Shown here one piece after another: positions 13,201 to 25,640 of a stretch of DNA of 64,000 nt; the stretch's first letter is position 1; each line of letters begins with the position of its first letter. Made by a program: the position numbers and the translations under genes. The DNA is from Malacoraja senta (lineage: Eukaryota), in assembly GCA_038087875.1 (NCBI GenBank), contig JAXLNO010006027.1, forward strand, positions 1 through 64,000, written 5' to 3'. A model generated the notes under the pieces. It did no database searches. It worked only from the letters and a program-made list of their open reading frames with translations, and was not told the DNA's origin.

Positions 13201-14635
13201 GCTGAATGTGCAAATCACAATTTGGATTGAAATCCATTCGAAACCTTTGAATAACACTCTGTATAAACAGAGCTAAGGTAATTTGCTTCCATTCATCCCA
13301 GAAACAGATGTAATGTACCCCAGATTTAAGTTGTGTCACATTTGATATGTGCACCTGAGAACCAGGCCCACCTACCTCCTTGGTACCTGGTGGATGACGT
13401 TGTCCCCGGCTCCTGGCGGGAAAGCCAATGTTTGACCATGTTCCCGCTTCGTTTGTAGGGGTACTTTCTTTTTTGGAAACTTGCCGACTGCCGGTGGCTT
13501 GATCAAGCCCACCGTCTTTGCCTCGTCATCCATGTCCTTGACACTCTTGGCGAGGTCCTCTCCGAAGAGTAGGTTGGCCGGCTGTATGTTGCTAGGCTGG
13601 AAAAATACTGCAATCTTGGAATTAATTGGGGGCCGAATGGCACTTTCCCTGAGACAATTTATCTCAAAAATGGGTGCTACAAAGCAACCCTAGTACCTCT
13701 TGCTGCGTCTCCGACACATGCCCTCCATCCACCGTTCTCGCGAACGCCGTGATTCCTGAGCCAAGTAATTTCAGGATTCCCTGCAGCTTCATCTCCTGGG
13801 CACTGCACGCCCACGCCCATCTTGCTCCATATCACCCGGTTCACTGCTGGCACCTTCAGCAACTCGCAGTTACCCCAGTCTCTTGGTGATTCCATACTCT
13901 GACGGGACAGCGAATCGTGCTGCCAGAGAATGGACCTCTGACAACGGCCGTTCTTTGCTAAGTTCCAAGTCTCCGTCAGAGTCGGGGTCAGAACTTAGCT
14001 GACCCTCTGCACTCACCTCATGCATGCCCTCTACCAGGTGCTGCCGGCGTGGCCTTTCTGCAGCCTACCGCCCACACGACTCCTCCCCCCGGAGTGTGCG
14101 TTTCTGGAGCAACCTCTGGATGAGGTGCTCCATTTGGGAAAACCGTTTAAAAAACGTCTCCAGCCCCGTACAGGCTCGTTGTGGCCCGACTCAGTTGAGT
14201 CCGAGGGCCTCCCAGACTTCCTCGTGCCTTATGCCCGACTGGCATTGGCTTTGGTGCTTTTTAGCACTCAGTCTGAAGTCGCCCCGCTCCCGGTCAGCGA
14301 CTGTGCAGGGGTACGAGGCAGACGCTGACAGACCGCATTCCCGCAGCTCTCCTATGCTTTACCTGCGGCTGCCCTCCCCCTGCTCGTCTTCACCATGGTG
14401 CTACCTGCAACAAAAAACACAGAGCACGGCACCACAGTAAAGGAACCTTTCACTCCAGCTAAGTTTCCCACTTAGCTGGAGCTTTAAACTACTTTAAAAG
14501 TACTCTAAAAGTACTTACCACAGGAGGAGCTCTGTCCTCCCGCTGGTCCGTGCGCCAATGCGTCCGACGTAATGACGCGCATGCGCTCTGACGGGTCTTC
14601 TTCACGTAGTCACTCACGTGACTCCGAAGTAAAAT
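10239..14635 (-). mobile_element. DIRS1-type tyrosine-recombinase retrotransposon, full length, ORFs degenerate
   Basis: Minus-strand remnants in canonical order: gag-like (NCELLKVPAVNRVIW, ~13677-13895), RT (WKQIT..., MAYLDDILI, ~12755-13354), RNase H (QIDNTTQVAYI), DNA-methylase-like region (~11900-12090), YR (ILEFL...LSYSTINT...SALSS; AAATSSA...HILTGAGWSN). 36-bp ITRs at 10310-10345 and 14573-14608; ICR at 10465-10576. Inserted into a CR1 LINE. Confidence 0.93.
10465..10576. repeat. DIRS internal complementary region (ICR)
   Basis: 10465-10541 is the reverse complement of 10239-10315 (1 mismatch in 77). 10540-10576 is the reverse complement of 14600-14635 (1 indel). Confidence 0.95.
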
Positions 14636-14925
14636 CAAAATCCCACTGCAATTCCTGATAAACATTTTCACTCTCTGCAATATCACCTATTTTAGTATCA
14701 TTCGCAAACTTACAAATCTTGCCTTGGACATTCTCATCCCAGTCGTTGATATAGGCTTGGAATGAGCCCAGCACTGATGCCTGAGGCACACCACTAGTCA
14801 CAAGTCTCTAGACTGAACCATCCACACACCAGTATCTGCTTCTAATCATGAAGCCAATCCTGTATCTAACCTTCCAGAGCAGCCTCCCTTGTGGAACCTT
14901 ATCAAAGACCTTGCTTAAGTCCATT
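14636..14925 (-). mobile_element. 5' continuation of the CR1 LINE split by the DIRS element
   Basis: TSGVPQASVLG...KFANDTKIG...YQELQWDFD joins to aagctggggcaag at 10238. Confidence 0.85.
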
Positions 14926-15779
14926 GTTTGAAAATGAACCTAAGAAATCCCGCAGTTCACTTTTGATAAGTTAAAGACAGTTACTGAATGGGATTTTTCC
15001 TGTGGTATTGGATGTGGCTAATGGCTCCAAAGTGATGTGAAAGTGTTCATGCAAGTAAATCCCACGACTTTAAACCAGTTTTGTTTCAGTTTATTGTTCT
15101 TGATGATTTATAAATATTTTAATATCACTATTATAAACTGTTTTATATATATTTTAGTAGTTATTTTAAATGTTTTATTGTTATAAAACCATTCACAAAT
15201 CAGAGACCGTTGAAAACTATAAAAGAGGCTTTGGCAGAGGCCAGGCTCTTCCCATACATTAGTCTCCTGTCAAAGCAGGTCAGTGTATTCCAGAGGGGTC
15301 ACCTTGGCATCACACTGCCTGAAGTCCACACATCACTGACGCCTTGCTGCACATTGCTGCCTGATTCCCAACATCACCCATGGTAAGAGTAAAGAGTGGG
15401 GAACCAAGGCATTAAGTCAACAGTCTGAAGAAGGGTCTCGACCCAAAATGTAACCCATTCCTTCTCTCCAGAGATGCTGCCTGTCCCGCTGAGTTACTCC
15501 AGCTTTTTGTGTCTATCTTAGGAGACATTGAGAGCTGGATTAGCTCAGCAGTTCAGGCAGTACCTCAGAAGAACATGGCTGGGTGACGTTTTGGGTCAGA
15601 CCCAACCCGAAACGTGCCTATCCATGTTCTCTTGAGATGCTGCCTGGTCCCTGGACTATTCCAGCAACCTGTGTCTTATTTGGTAAACCAGCATCTTTGG
15701 TTCCTTGTTTAAAAAAATCCAACATCTGGCTGGAGGTTGCATTGACGTTCTGAAAGTGATGACTTGAAGTTTAAGTACA

Positions 15780-16824
15780 GCAGTAGTTGTGAGCCTCAGG
15801 GATCTGTGCTAGGCTCATTGCTGTTTTTTTTATCTATATCGATGACTTGGATGAGAATGGACAAGACAAGATTTGTAAGTTTGCAGATGACACTAAAATA
15901 GGTGGTATGGTAGACTGAGAAGATGTTTATCAAGTAATACAGTGGGATCTTGATTAACTAATGATCTAGGAATGCAGGTGCAAGGTTCTTTGAAGGTCGA
16001 GTCACAGTTAGATTAAGTGGTCAAAAAAGCTTTTGGCACATTGGCCTTCATCAGTTAGAGTGTTGAGTATAGAATTTGGGAGGTCATGTTGCAGTTGTAT
16101 AAGATATTTTTGAAACCACATTTAGATTATTGTGTTCAATTCTTGGTACATGTTATAGGAAAGATATTGTCAAGCTTGAAAGGGTTCAGAAAAGATTTAC
16201 GAGGATGTTGCCAGGACTGGAGGGTGTGAGCTATAGGGAGAGGTTGAGTAGGCTGGGTCTCCTGAAGTGCAGGAGGATGAGGGGTGATCTTATAGAGGTA
16301 TACAAAATCATGAGAGGAATAGATCGGGTAGATGCACAGTCTCTTGCCCAGAGTAGGGAAATCTAGGACCAGAGGACAAAGGTTCATGGTGAAGGGGAAA
16401 AGATTTAATAGGAATCCGAGGGGTAACTTTTTTACACAGATGGTGGTGGGGGTATGGAAAAAAGCTGCCAGAGGAGGTAGTTGAGGCTGGGACTATCCCA
16501 TCGTTTAAGAAACAGTTAGACAGGTGCATGGATAGGACAGGTTTGGAGAGATATGGACCAAGCGCAGGCAGGGTGGACTAGGGTAACTGGAGATGTCAGC
16601 CGACGTGGGCAAGTTGGGCTGAAGGGCCTGTTTCCACACGGTATCACTCTATGACTCTATGATTCTATGGGCTGGGCAAGTAGGCTGAGGAATGTCAAAA
16701 GGAATTGAATTCAGATAGGTGTGAGGTGTTGCATTTGGGCAAGTTAGACCACGGCAGGACCTTCACAGTACATGGTAGGGTCATGGGGAGTATGGTAGAG
16801 CAGAGAGATCTAGGAGTACAAGTA
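15780..16824 (+). mobile_element. CR1 LINE segments in permuted order (A-C-B)
   Basis: RT core 15780-15955, C-terminal part plus (ctatga)n tail 15963-16668, intervening segment 16670-16824. Confidence 0.8.
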
Positions 16825-19478
16825 AAACAGTCAGGACCTGAGTTATACTATAATTCACATGCTGCCTGGCAGAAGATGGATTACCGGAATAAATAAAGCT
16901 CCCCTTCTGGACTGTTATTATTGATGTCAGATGATAGCAGGTGACAATTTCAGCTTCTGTATAACATTAAAAACACTTAATATTAAATCTGTTAGGCACA
17001 AGCAGATTGCCTGGGTGCATTTCAAATTTAGCATCATTCCAGACTTCATTCATTAGTCACATAATGCATGTAATTTGGCATGCCCTCCTGATGGAGCACT
17101 GATGTCACTTGGAACACACGTAAATTGTTACAAGTACTGCCAGATGCAGGTAGGTACAATCTGGCTCAATGTGCATTATAAATGATTAGAGTAAACGAGC
17201 ACACAATGGTGTGTGCAAAGGTACATGCAACTGATGGTATATGGATGGAGAGATAATATTTTTATCAAGGGTTTGCTGCTTCAAAGTCCTTCAGTACCCA
17301 AGCCTAAAAATGGCCTGCTATAGCAGAGCACAGAAAGGGAACAAGGTCATAGATCCAGAGCCAAAAGCAAACTGCCCGAGGAACTCAATGGGTTGAATAG
17401 TAGTTGTGGATGCAGAGGGATGGTTGAGGAATTCTAGGAATGTAGAGCATCTCCTTGCCTCCACAAATGCTGCCTTACCCGTTGAGTTCCTCAACAGTTT
17501 TTTTTGTTGTTGCTACAGATGACAGCATCTACAGTCTGTGGTGTCCCCAGGTTGTGGGGATGCTTCATTGGTCCTGATGACAGGAGATAATCCCAGAATG
17601 GAAGAAGACTTAGATTATGCGTTGGGAGGGAGCATGATTTAAGGAAGAATCATTTCGAGATACGTATATAATTTAAAAATCTACTTTGAGAGAATTCCCA
17701 ACACTGGCTCCAAGGCAGGAGGCAAGTCTCCTTTAAGCGATGGCAAAGTATGTCTCACATGTGTCGTTAAGGCTTGATAGTAGGAAGATTTTTCCCCAAA
17801 ACTGGAGGACATATGTTTAGGGTAAAGAGGAAGAGAATTAGAAGGGATCTTAGGATTTTAACCAAGGGGTGATTAGAATCTGCAACATATTATCTGAATG
17901 GGATGTAAAAGCTGGTACCTACACAATTGTTATGAAATATCTAGATGACCACTTGGATTTCAAGGTAATGTAGTTGAAATGAATTAAATTGATAATTTCT
18001 GTGGTGTTTCTGTGCAATATGATCCTATGACATTATGACAGGTTCTTTGATTAAAATGCAGAGTTTGACATCTTTTGTTGAATTCACTTGCCACTCATGT
18101 GGCCACGTAACCGGCCCATTTGTAACATACTTCAGCTTGGAATTTCCTTCCACACTGTCAGCTGGTAAATGGGATGTTAATTTCTATAATATGTTCTCAC
18201 TTTCTTTGTTTATCATTTCCGAAACTTCAACATTCTATCTCACTTAAGTCAATGGCCATATCGACCCTACTTTGGCGAAGACAGATGCAATTTTTTCATA
18301 TGTCCATATCTCCTTACAATATAAAAGGAAGCCATTCAGCCCATCAAGTCCTTGCTGGCACCCTTCATTCTTTTTTTGAGGACAGGTTTGCTCTGAAGAT
18401 AGACAAAAAGCTGGAATAACTCAGCGGGTCAGACAGCATCTCTGGAGAAAAGGAATAGGTGAAGTTTAGGGTCGAGACCCTTCTTCAGAATATGCTTCTC
18501 TTCCTGGAATGCCTCTCTCTGGTCACACTGATCTGTTCTGCATTTATTTATGCCTCCTATATTCTGTTGTGCTGAAGCAAAGCAAGAATTTAATTGTCCT
18601 ATCTGGGACACATGACAATAAACTCTCTTGAATCTTGAATCTTGAACACCAATTTATCTTCAAGTAGCTGTTTCACTCCACCTTGGGTAAATGATACCCT
18701 GTGCCTTTCCGCAAACAGACAGAATTCTGTCATTATGCTGCAGCCTGATGCAGGTCTGGATTTTGTCATTTTCTCTGACTAGATATTGTTCTCGTATGCT
18801 ACATATGATTTCAACTGGTTCCAGTTTTGAATTCAGCCATCACAATTGAATCTAATAGTACTAAACTGTTGAAATTACTGTTACCTTAAACAAGAAAATA
18901 TAGTGAAGAATATCAGATGTCAAGTGTGAAATGTATGCCATGACTTGCTTCTGGGAATAGATGAACACCAACTCAGATCAGACTGTTAAATGCCATTAGA
19001 GTGAAATCCATTTGTATCAGGTCCGATTTTAATCTGGCAAGTAGCAGAATTTCAATCAAATTGACATCAATATAAAGTAATTTGCAAATTTTAGCCATTT
19101 ATGTTTTGATTTGGAACAGTTACAGATTTGGAATAAATCAAAATTTAAAGCTATGATATAAATGAGGCTGGAACTGGCTGTTACTTTTCTCTGGAACAGA
19201 GCCACGTTATGCCGCTGTTAGATGCAATTCACACAGTAGCTTCTTAATCCCCTGTAAAAAACACTTCACACAGAAAACATACATCTGTGCTAATACACAA
19301 ACAGCAGCTTGTTTAAGAGTTGTGGCATGCCTTTCAGTACTGGTAATCTTATCCCTATTTTATTTGTGTGTGAACACAGAAGGATGTTAGTCCATCATGG
19401 CTGTGCTGGTCAAGGTGCAGATACCAAACTTAATTACACCTTCCAAAGCTGTTATGATCTTTCAGTTTCAACCAGTCA

Positions 19479-19503
19479 CTATTATTATTATTATTATTAT
19501 TAT

Positions 19504-19550
<47 letters not shown>

Positions 19551-19575
19551 ATAATAGTAATAATAGTAGTGTTAT
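19479..19575. repeat. Compound microsatellite (ATT)n(AGT)n
   Basis: Seen directly. Confidence 0.95.
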
Positions 19576-21509
19576 TTAGTCGTGTCATAAGTGATAGGAG
19601 TAGAATTAGGCCATTCGGCCCATCAAGTCTACGCCATTCAATCATGGCTGATCTATCTCTCCTTCCTAACCCCATTCTCCTGCCTTCTCCCCATAATCTC
19701 TGACACCTGTACTAATCAAGAATCTACATCTACCTCTGCCTTAAAAATCTCTGCCTTATACAAATATAGTAGTAGTTGGAGTAGTAGCAGTAGTAATATT
19801 CATTAGCAGACCCTTAGGTGTGAGGAAGACTTACTTCCACACAACTTCTTCCTCTCCTTCTTCCCCCTTCTCAACTTCTTCTACATCTGCTTCCATTTCT
19901 TTCTTTATTTCTCCCTCTTCTTCTTCATCTTTCTTCTGATTGAGGATGATTCCTATTTACTCAGAACTATTTATTCTGTCCAAGACCCTCATAATTCTGC
20001 ACATACTTTTTTCTTTACATTTTAGCCTTGTTTGTTCTGTTTACATTAAAATTTTGTTTTTTCTGCCTCTTCCCATCACTTTATTTTCTTAACATCATAG
20101 ACAATTCCCTGCTGAACGAATGGAGTGGTTATGTGCCAGAAGGTGGCTTTCTATCTATTTTCCCCTTCTTTTTCGGAGGCCAGTTCTCCCCAACTAGCTA
20201 CCTTGCCATGATTGCTAAGGTGAACTCACGGATGCACCATCTAATGAAGTGAGGGTACAAATCACCACCCTGTCATTTTCATGGTACATCAACATTTGAT
20301 GAACTAATAGACTGCATTTCTATTTTTCAGCATGTTCTTTTTTATTCCCTCTTAATTTCAGTTGCCAATTATTTTTTTTTAAATATTTTTCACAACTGAG
20401 CAAACAAAGGGATCAAGATTATCCAATGTCTGTCATCCCAAGTAATGTTCAAAATCAGATCATTGATAGGTAGGTAGGTGTCTTGAAAAGAATAGATATG
20501 TGAGCCCAGAAATCAAAATGGACGAAGCTATCATTTCTTCCAGTCTCGAATGCTCTGCACCTGTCCTCAAGTTGCTCCAGGCACATTGAATTGTTCCCTG
20601 ACGTATCATCATCAGCGGACCTCGCATAGGTCCTGGGAGAGGGCAGGCAATCTCAGGAGAGTTAAGTTTGTTAAAAACAAACTTGACCTTTTATCGTGGA
20701 GAATTCCAACAACTCCTTTAAAGTCCACAGACTAAATCGTATATTCCTGAAGCCCTGTCAAACCGCTGAAGTGTCTTTATCTGTCTTGCTGCTGGATATA
20801 GCTCTCCCAGTGCCGAATGCTCGCCTCAGCAGAGTTTGGCGTCCATTATGCACCTCTAAAACATGTGCAGTATAAGCCATTTTCTAGGCTGAGTTATTTA
20901 AAAATGTGCTTATGTTAAATTATGCCTTAAAGGAATTGAATCACAGGACAGGATTAGCAAGTAAAGTTGAATTTCGGATGTTAGAGTTGAAGCGTCAGCT
21001 CAGAGATTTACTTGAATGCAGCATTGATTATTACCATGGTAGATTGCTGTGTTGTATGCCTGCGTGAAAGGAGGAGAAACAGGTATAGGGTATGGCACAG
21101 TGCAGCAAATTTGCTTTCCATGCAATAATGGTTCAACACATTTATTAAGTGAGAAAAATCTAATTTTTGGTCTTTTGGTTCATTTTCTTTTTGTTCTATA
21201 CCCTTGACTGGTTGTGATGGCAAGATATTCATTGCTTCCTCTCCCTAGGAAGGGTGAACCACCAGCTGTGCCAGAGAATAAATGAGATGCCTTACACAGA
21301 GAGTTCAGAGAAAGTGTCAGGTATTGCTTGCAGGCAAAGATGCAAACAACTGATCTAACGACCTATCGTGACCTTTGGGTCTAAAATTGTGATTTATTTC
21401 CAATGAATTTAAGTTTGTTCGAGGGCAATTAATGTGTTTCTTTTGCATTATTCATTTTATCAGTGGTGTCTCCTATGATCTCTGCTTGCCATGAGATGGA
21501 GTAGCATTG

Positions 21510-21760
21510 TGTTAGAATTACCTGATTAACATCTGGACACTTTGCCTACTGGTTAAGATATTTGAATTCAGATCCCCACGGTAGTTTGGAAATATAAGTT
21601 CAAGCAATGAAATAAATCTGGAACACAATGTCAATATTGGCGACTTTGAAACTATTGAATAGTTGAAAAAGAAACACCAGGCTTAGTAATGTCAAGGACG
21701 TACATCTGTTACTCTGGTGCTGTCAGCGTTGTTGACTCTTAACTGTCCTCTCAAATGGCA
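21510..21760 (+). mobile_element. Old, diverged chondrichthyan SINE-like repeat
   Basis: Motifs aaataaatctggaa and gttgactcttaactgtcctctcaaatggc, recognised from memory as typical of a shark SINE family; not database-verified. Confidence 0.45.
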
Positions 21761-24194
21761 GTGTCATTGTCAAAAATAGATAAGTGACGTTCACATAAAT
21801 GAAAAAGAACTCCAAATGTTGTTTGCTTTCACTATGCACTGTCGTAGAAATAAATTTAGTATAATAGGAATGGTGTAAACTGTATGTAATTTAAATAGTT
21901 TGAATTTAGTGCAATGACTTTAAAGCCAGAGGGCGAAAAGGTGAATCCAAACAAAGAGTTGTGGAATGAGTCTGAACACTTTAAATGGATTTGGAGATCA
22001 ACACTAGGTGGGAGATGGGTACAAGGTCAAGAATGTGCAAGCTTCTAAATGTGACAGCTACTTTGCCTTTTTCGATTCACTTCCATCTTGAGATAACGCC
22101 TGGTCGCATGCTGAATACGTGTCCAAATGATGAAAGCAATAGGTTGAATTCAAGTCGCTCCCTACCACTGGACATCAAGCTTACTCGGCTATCATTGAAT
22201 TTTTCAGCTGTATTATTTTAATCATTTTAGATATATTTTACAAGAGGTGGTTATAATGAAGCAATAGGCAATATTCTTGATCTTATTGAGTTATAGGTCA
22301 CCCAGTGGAGTAGGAACCAATTGACCAATAAATGCTTTAATGTGAGAAGTTGTTGAGTGAATTGGTCTTTGGTTACTTCCTCAGTAATAGACAGATTTGA
22401 AATGTAATATTAATGCAATTACTAAATGTATTAGTCTAAAAAAAAAGCATGTGGGATCAGACTTCACAAAAGGGCCTGGATTATTTAATACTCACACACC
22501 TCTTTAGCTAACTAGACTATTGCTAACTGGAAACTCTGTACCATTAAAGTTACCATGTGCCCGATAAAATGTGAATCAATTGTACAAGTACATTTTTATC
22601 AAAATAATTTTTCAGCACCATCTTTCCCCAAATCCTAGAGTTATTTGTTGTTTCAATATACCATACTGCTGAAAATACAAAGCAGGTCCTTGATAGTTAT
22701 TGTAAATAAATCAATATCTGAATAATTAAAATTTGAAAAAAATGGAAATGTCCAGCAGGTCAAGCAGCATCTGTGAAGTGAGAAATGGATTAACATATCA
22801 AACTGATTATCTTTCATCAGATGAAGTATTTTTGATTGTTAGCAACGTCAATAGTTCTATTTTTTCATTGCTGTATTAATATTGAATTGTTTGAATTCCA
22901 TTCCATTGGTATCTTAATTGGCAATCAATCATCTCATTGAAACAAATGAGATTTGAAAGGCATTCACCAAAGAAAATGATGACAAAGATTTGAAGGATTA
23001 CCTTTTAACCCCTATTGGATAAAATATGTATCCCTTCTGTCACCACCACTGTATAAAAATATTTTAAATCACTTCTCTACTTTGGTCTTCTGACTGAGTT
23101 CAACATGTTTCCAATGCTCCATATTTCAGAATGATGTTTTGTTGGTGGAACTTTGCATCCATATTCCCCTTACCTTCCATTCACTTCTCTTATTTGTTAA
23201 CTCAATTGCTCAAATTAAAAATGTTGTCATCAAAGCTTAGACATGACTTGAACGGCCTGCACTTTGTAAAGCTAATGACTGAACAAATATTATTTAAATA
23301 GGTGTCTATAAACAATTAGAATTGTCGAGTCATGGAGTCATACAGTATGGAAACAGGCCCTTTGGCCCAACATGCTGAACAACATGCCTATCTGAATGTG
23401 CCATTTGCCTGAATTTGGCATGTATCCCTTTCAATCTTTCCTATCGATGTACTTGCCTGAGGTTATTATTGAGGAACTGGTTGTGACTTTTCAAATGTGG
23501 AAAGTGTCGCATTACTTGGGGTCTAAAAAAACCATAGTAATTTCAATTTACAAAATAAAGCAAGTTATAACAGTCACAAAATGCTGGAGAAACTCAACGG
23601 GTCAGGCAGCATCTCTGGAGAAAATAGAAAGATGACATTTCAGGACAAATCATGATTTATTAAATCATCATTTACAAATTGTAGTTACAAACCATGATTT
23701 CTCCTGCCTCTTTTCGCATCCAGTTTTTTTTTACCCACTTCTCTTCTGCAATCAGTCAGAAGAAGGGTCCCGAAGCGAAACGTCAGCAACCCATTTTCTC
23801 CAGAGATGCTGCCTGACCTGCTCAGTTACTCCAGCATGGTTTAAATCTAAGAGAACAAAGAAGGATGTATCCCTGTTCCAACTATTTACTTTTTTTTCAG
23901 AATTAAGTTATATTGATAGATTTTGCATGTTTTAGCAATTTCACTTCTTAGATTTAGAAACTTATCACAATTAATTTTCAATACATTCAAACCTAAAATC
24001 ACAACTTTTTATGCCAGGCTTACAATATTCACCAATTTATTTAATAATGTTCTATGATTTAAGCCATCCCATCCACCAATAAGTGTTACACTTTTTAAAA
24101 ATTAATTGGATATAATAACACACCAAATTAAACTTTCAAGATTAGCCTTTTAGTTATTGTGCATATGGACAAGTGGAAACCCACTATGCCAGTG

Positions 24195-24635
24195 ATAGAC
24201 AAAAAAGCTGGAGAAACTCAGTGTGTGAGGCAGCATCTATGGAGTGAAGGAATAGGCGACGTTTCGGGTCGAGACCCTACTTCAGACTGATGTTGGAGGC
24301 GGGAGCGTAAAAACGAAAGGAAGAGGCAGAGACAATAAGCTGTGGGAGAGCAGGGAAGGGGAGGGGAAGGAGGGAGAAAGCAAGGACTACCTGAAGTTGG
24401 AGAAGTCAATGTTCATACTGCTGGGGTGTAAACTACCCAAGCAAAATATGAGGTGCTGTTCCTCCAATTTGCGGTGGGACTCACTCTGGCCATGGAGGAG
24501 GCCCAGGACAGAAAGGTCGGATTCAGAATGGGAGGGGAGTTGATGTGCTGAGCCACCAGGAGATCAGGTTGGTTATTGCAAACTGAGTGGAGGTGTTGGG
24601 CGAAGCGATCGCCAAGCCTGCACTTGGTCTCACTG
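24195..24635 (-). mobile_element. Penelope-like element 3' fragment (GIY-YIG end plus terminal repeat)
   Basis: YISETKCRLGDRFAQHLHSV...DLLVAQHINSP, followed by a terminal repeat with a hammerhead-like motif at ~24256-24290. Confidence 0.85.
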
Positions 24636-25640
24636 ATAATATATATAAGCATCTGGATAAGCAGGGTCTGATTAGCAACAGTCAACATGGATTTGTGCCT
24701 GGAAGGTCTTGTTTGACTAAACTTCTTGAATTTTTCGAAGAGGTTAATAGGGAAATTGATGAGGGTAAAGCAGTGGATGTTTTCTATATGGACTTCAGTA
24801 AGGCCTTTGACAAGGTTCCTCATGGAAGGTTGGTTAAGAAGATTCAATTGTTGGGTATTAATGGTGGAGTAGCAAGATGGATTCAACAGTGGCTGAATGG
24901 GAGATGCCAGAGAGTAATGGTGGATGGCTGTTTGTCAGGTTGGAGGCCGGTGACTAGTGGGGTGCCTCAGGGGTCTGTGTTGGGTCCACTGTTGTTTGTC
25001 ATGTACATCAATGATCTGGATGATGGTGTGGAAAATTGGATTAGTAAGTATGCAGATGATACGAAGATAGGTGGTGTTGTGGATAATGAAGTAGATTTCC
25101 AAAGTCTACAGAGAGATTTAGGCCATTTGGAAGAGTGGGCTGAAAGATGGCAGATGGAGTTTAATGCTGGACAAATCAAAATAGGACGTACATGGTAAAT
25201 GGTAACAAATTGAAGAATGCAGTTGAACAGAGGGATCTAGGAATAACTGTGCATAGTTCCCTGAAGGTGGAATCTCATGTAGATAGGGTGGTAAAGAAAG
25301 CTTTTGGTGTGCTGGCCTTTACAAATCAGAGCATTGAATATAGAAGTAATGTTAAAATTGTACAAGGCATTGGTGAGGCCAATTCTGGAGTATGGAGTAC
25401 AATTTTGGTCGCCTAGTTATAGGAAGGATGTCAACAAAATAGAGAGAGTACAGAGGAGATTTACTAGAATGTTGCCTGGGTTTCAGCAACAAAGTTACAG
25501 AGAAAGGTTGAACAAGTTAGGTCTTTATTCTTTGGAGCGCAGAAGGTTAAGGGGGGACTTGGTAGAGGTCTTTAAAATGATGAGCGGGTTAGACAGAGTT
25601 GACGTGGATAAGCTTTTCCCATTGAGAGTAGGGAAGATTC
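24636..25640 (+). mobile_element. CR1 LINE ORF2 fragment (RT domain)
   Basis: QHGFVPGRSCLTKLLEFFEE, YMDFSKAFDKVPH, GVPQGSVLGPLLF, YADDTK. Confidence 0.93.

Noticed and set aside
14020-14440. Plus-strand 102-aa and 138-aa ORFs
   Set aside because: Antisense to the GC-rich DIRS gag region; no recognisable domain.
19309-19675. Poly-Tyr/Ile/Ser/Thr ORFs
   Set aside because: Translations of the (ATT)n(AGT)n microsatellite.
24587-25198. 203-aa ORF as a host gene or novel fusion
   Set aside because: Chance read-through from antisense Penelope sequence into a CR1 RT fragment; the downstream part is frameshifted.
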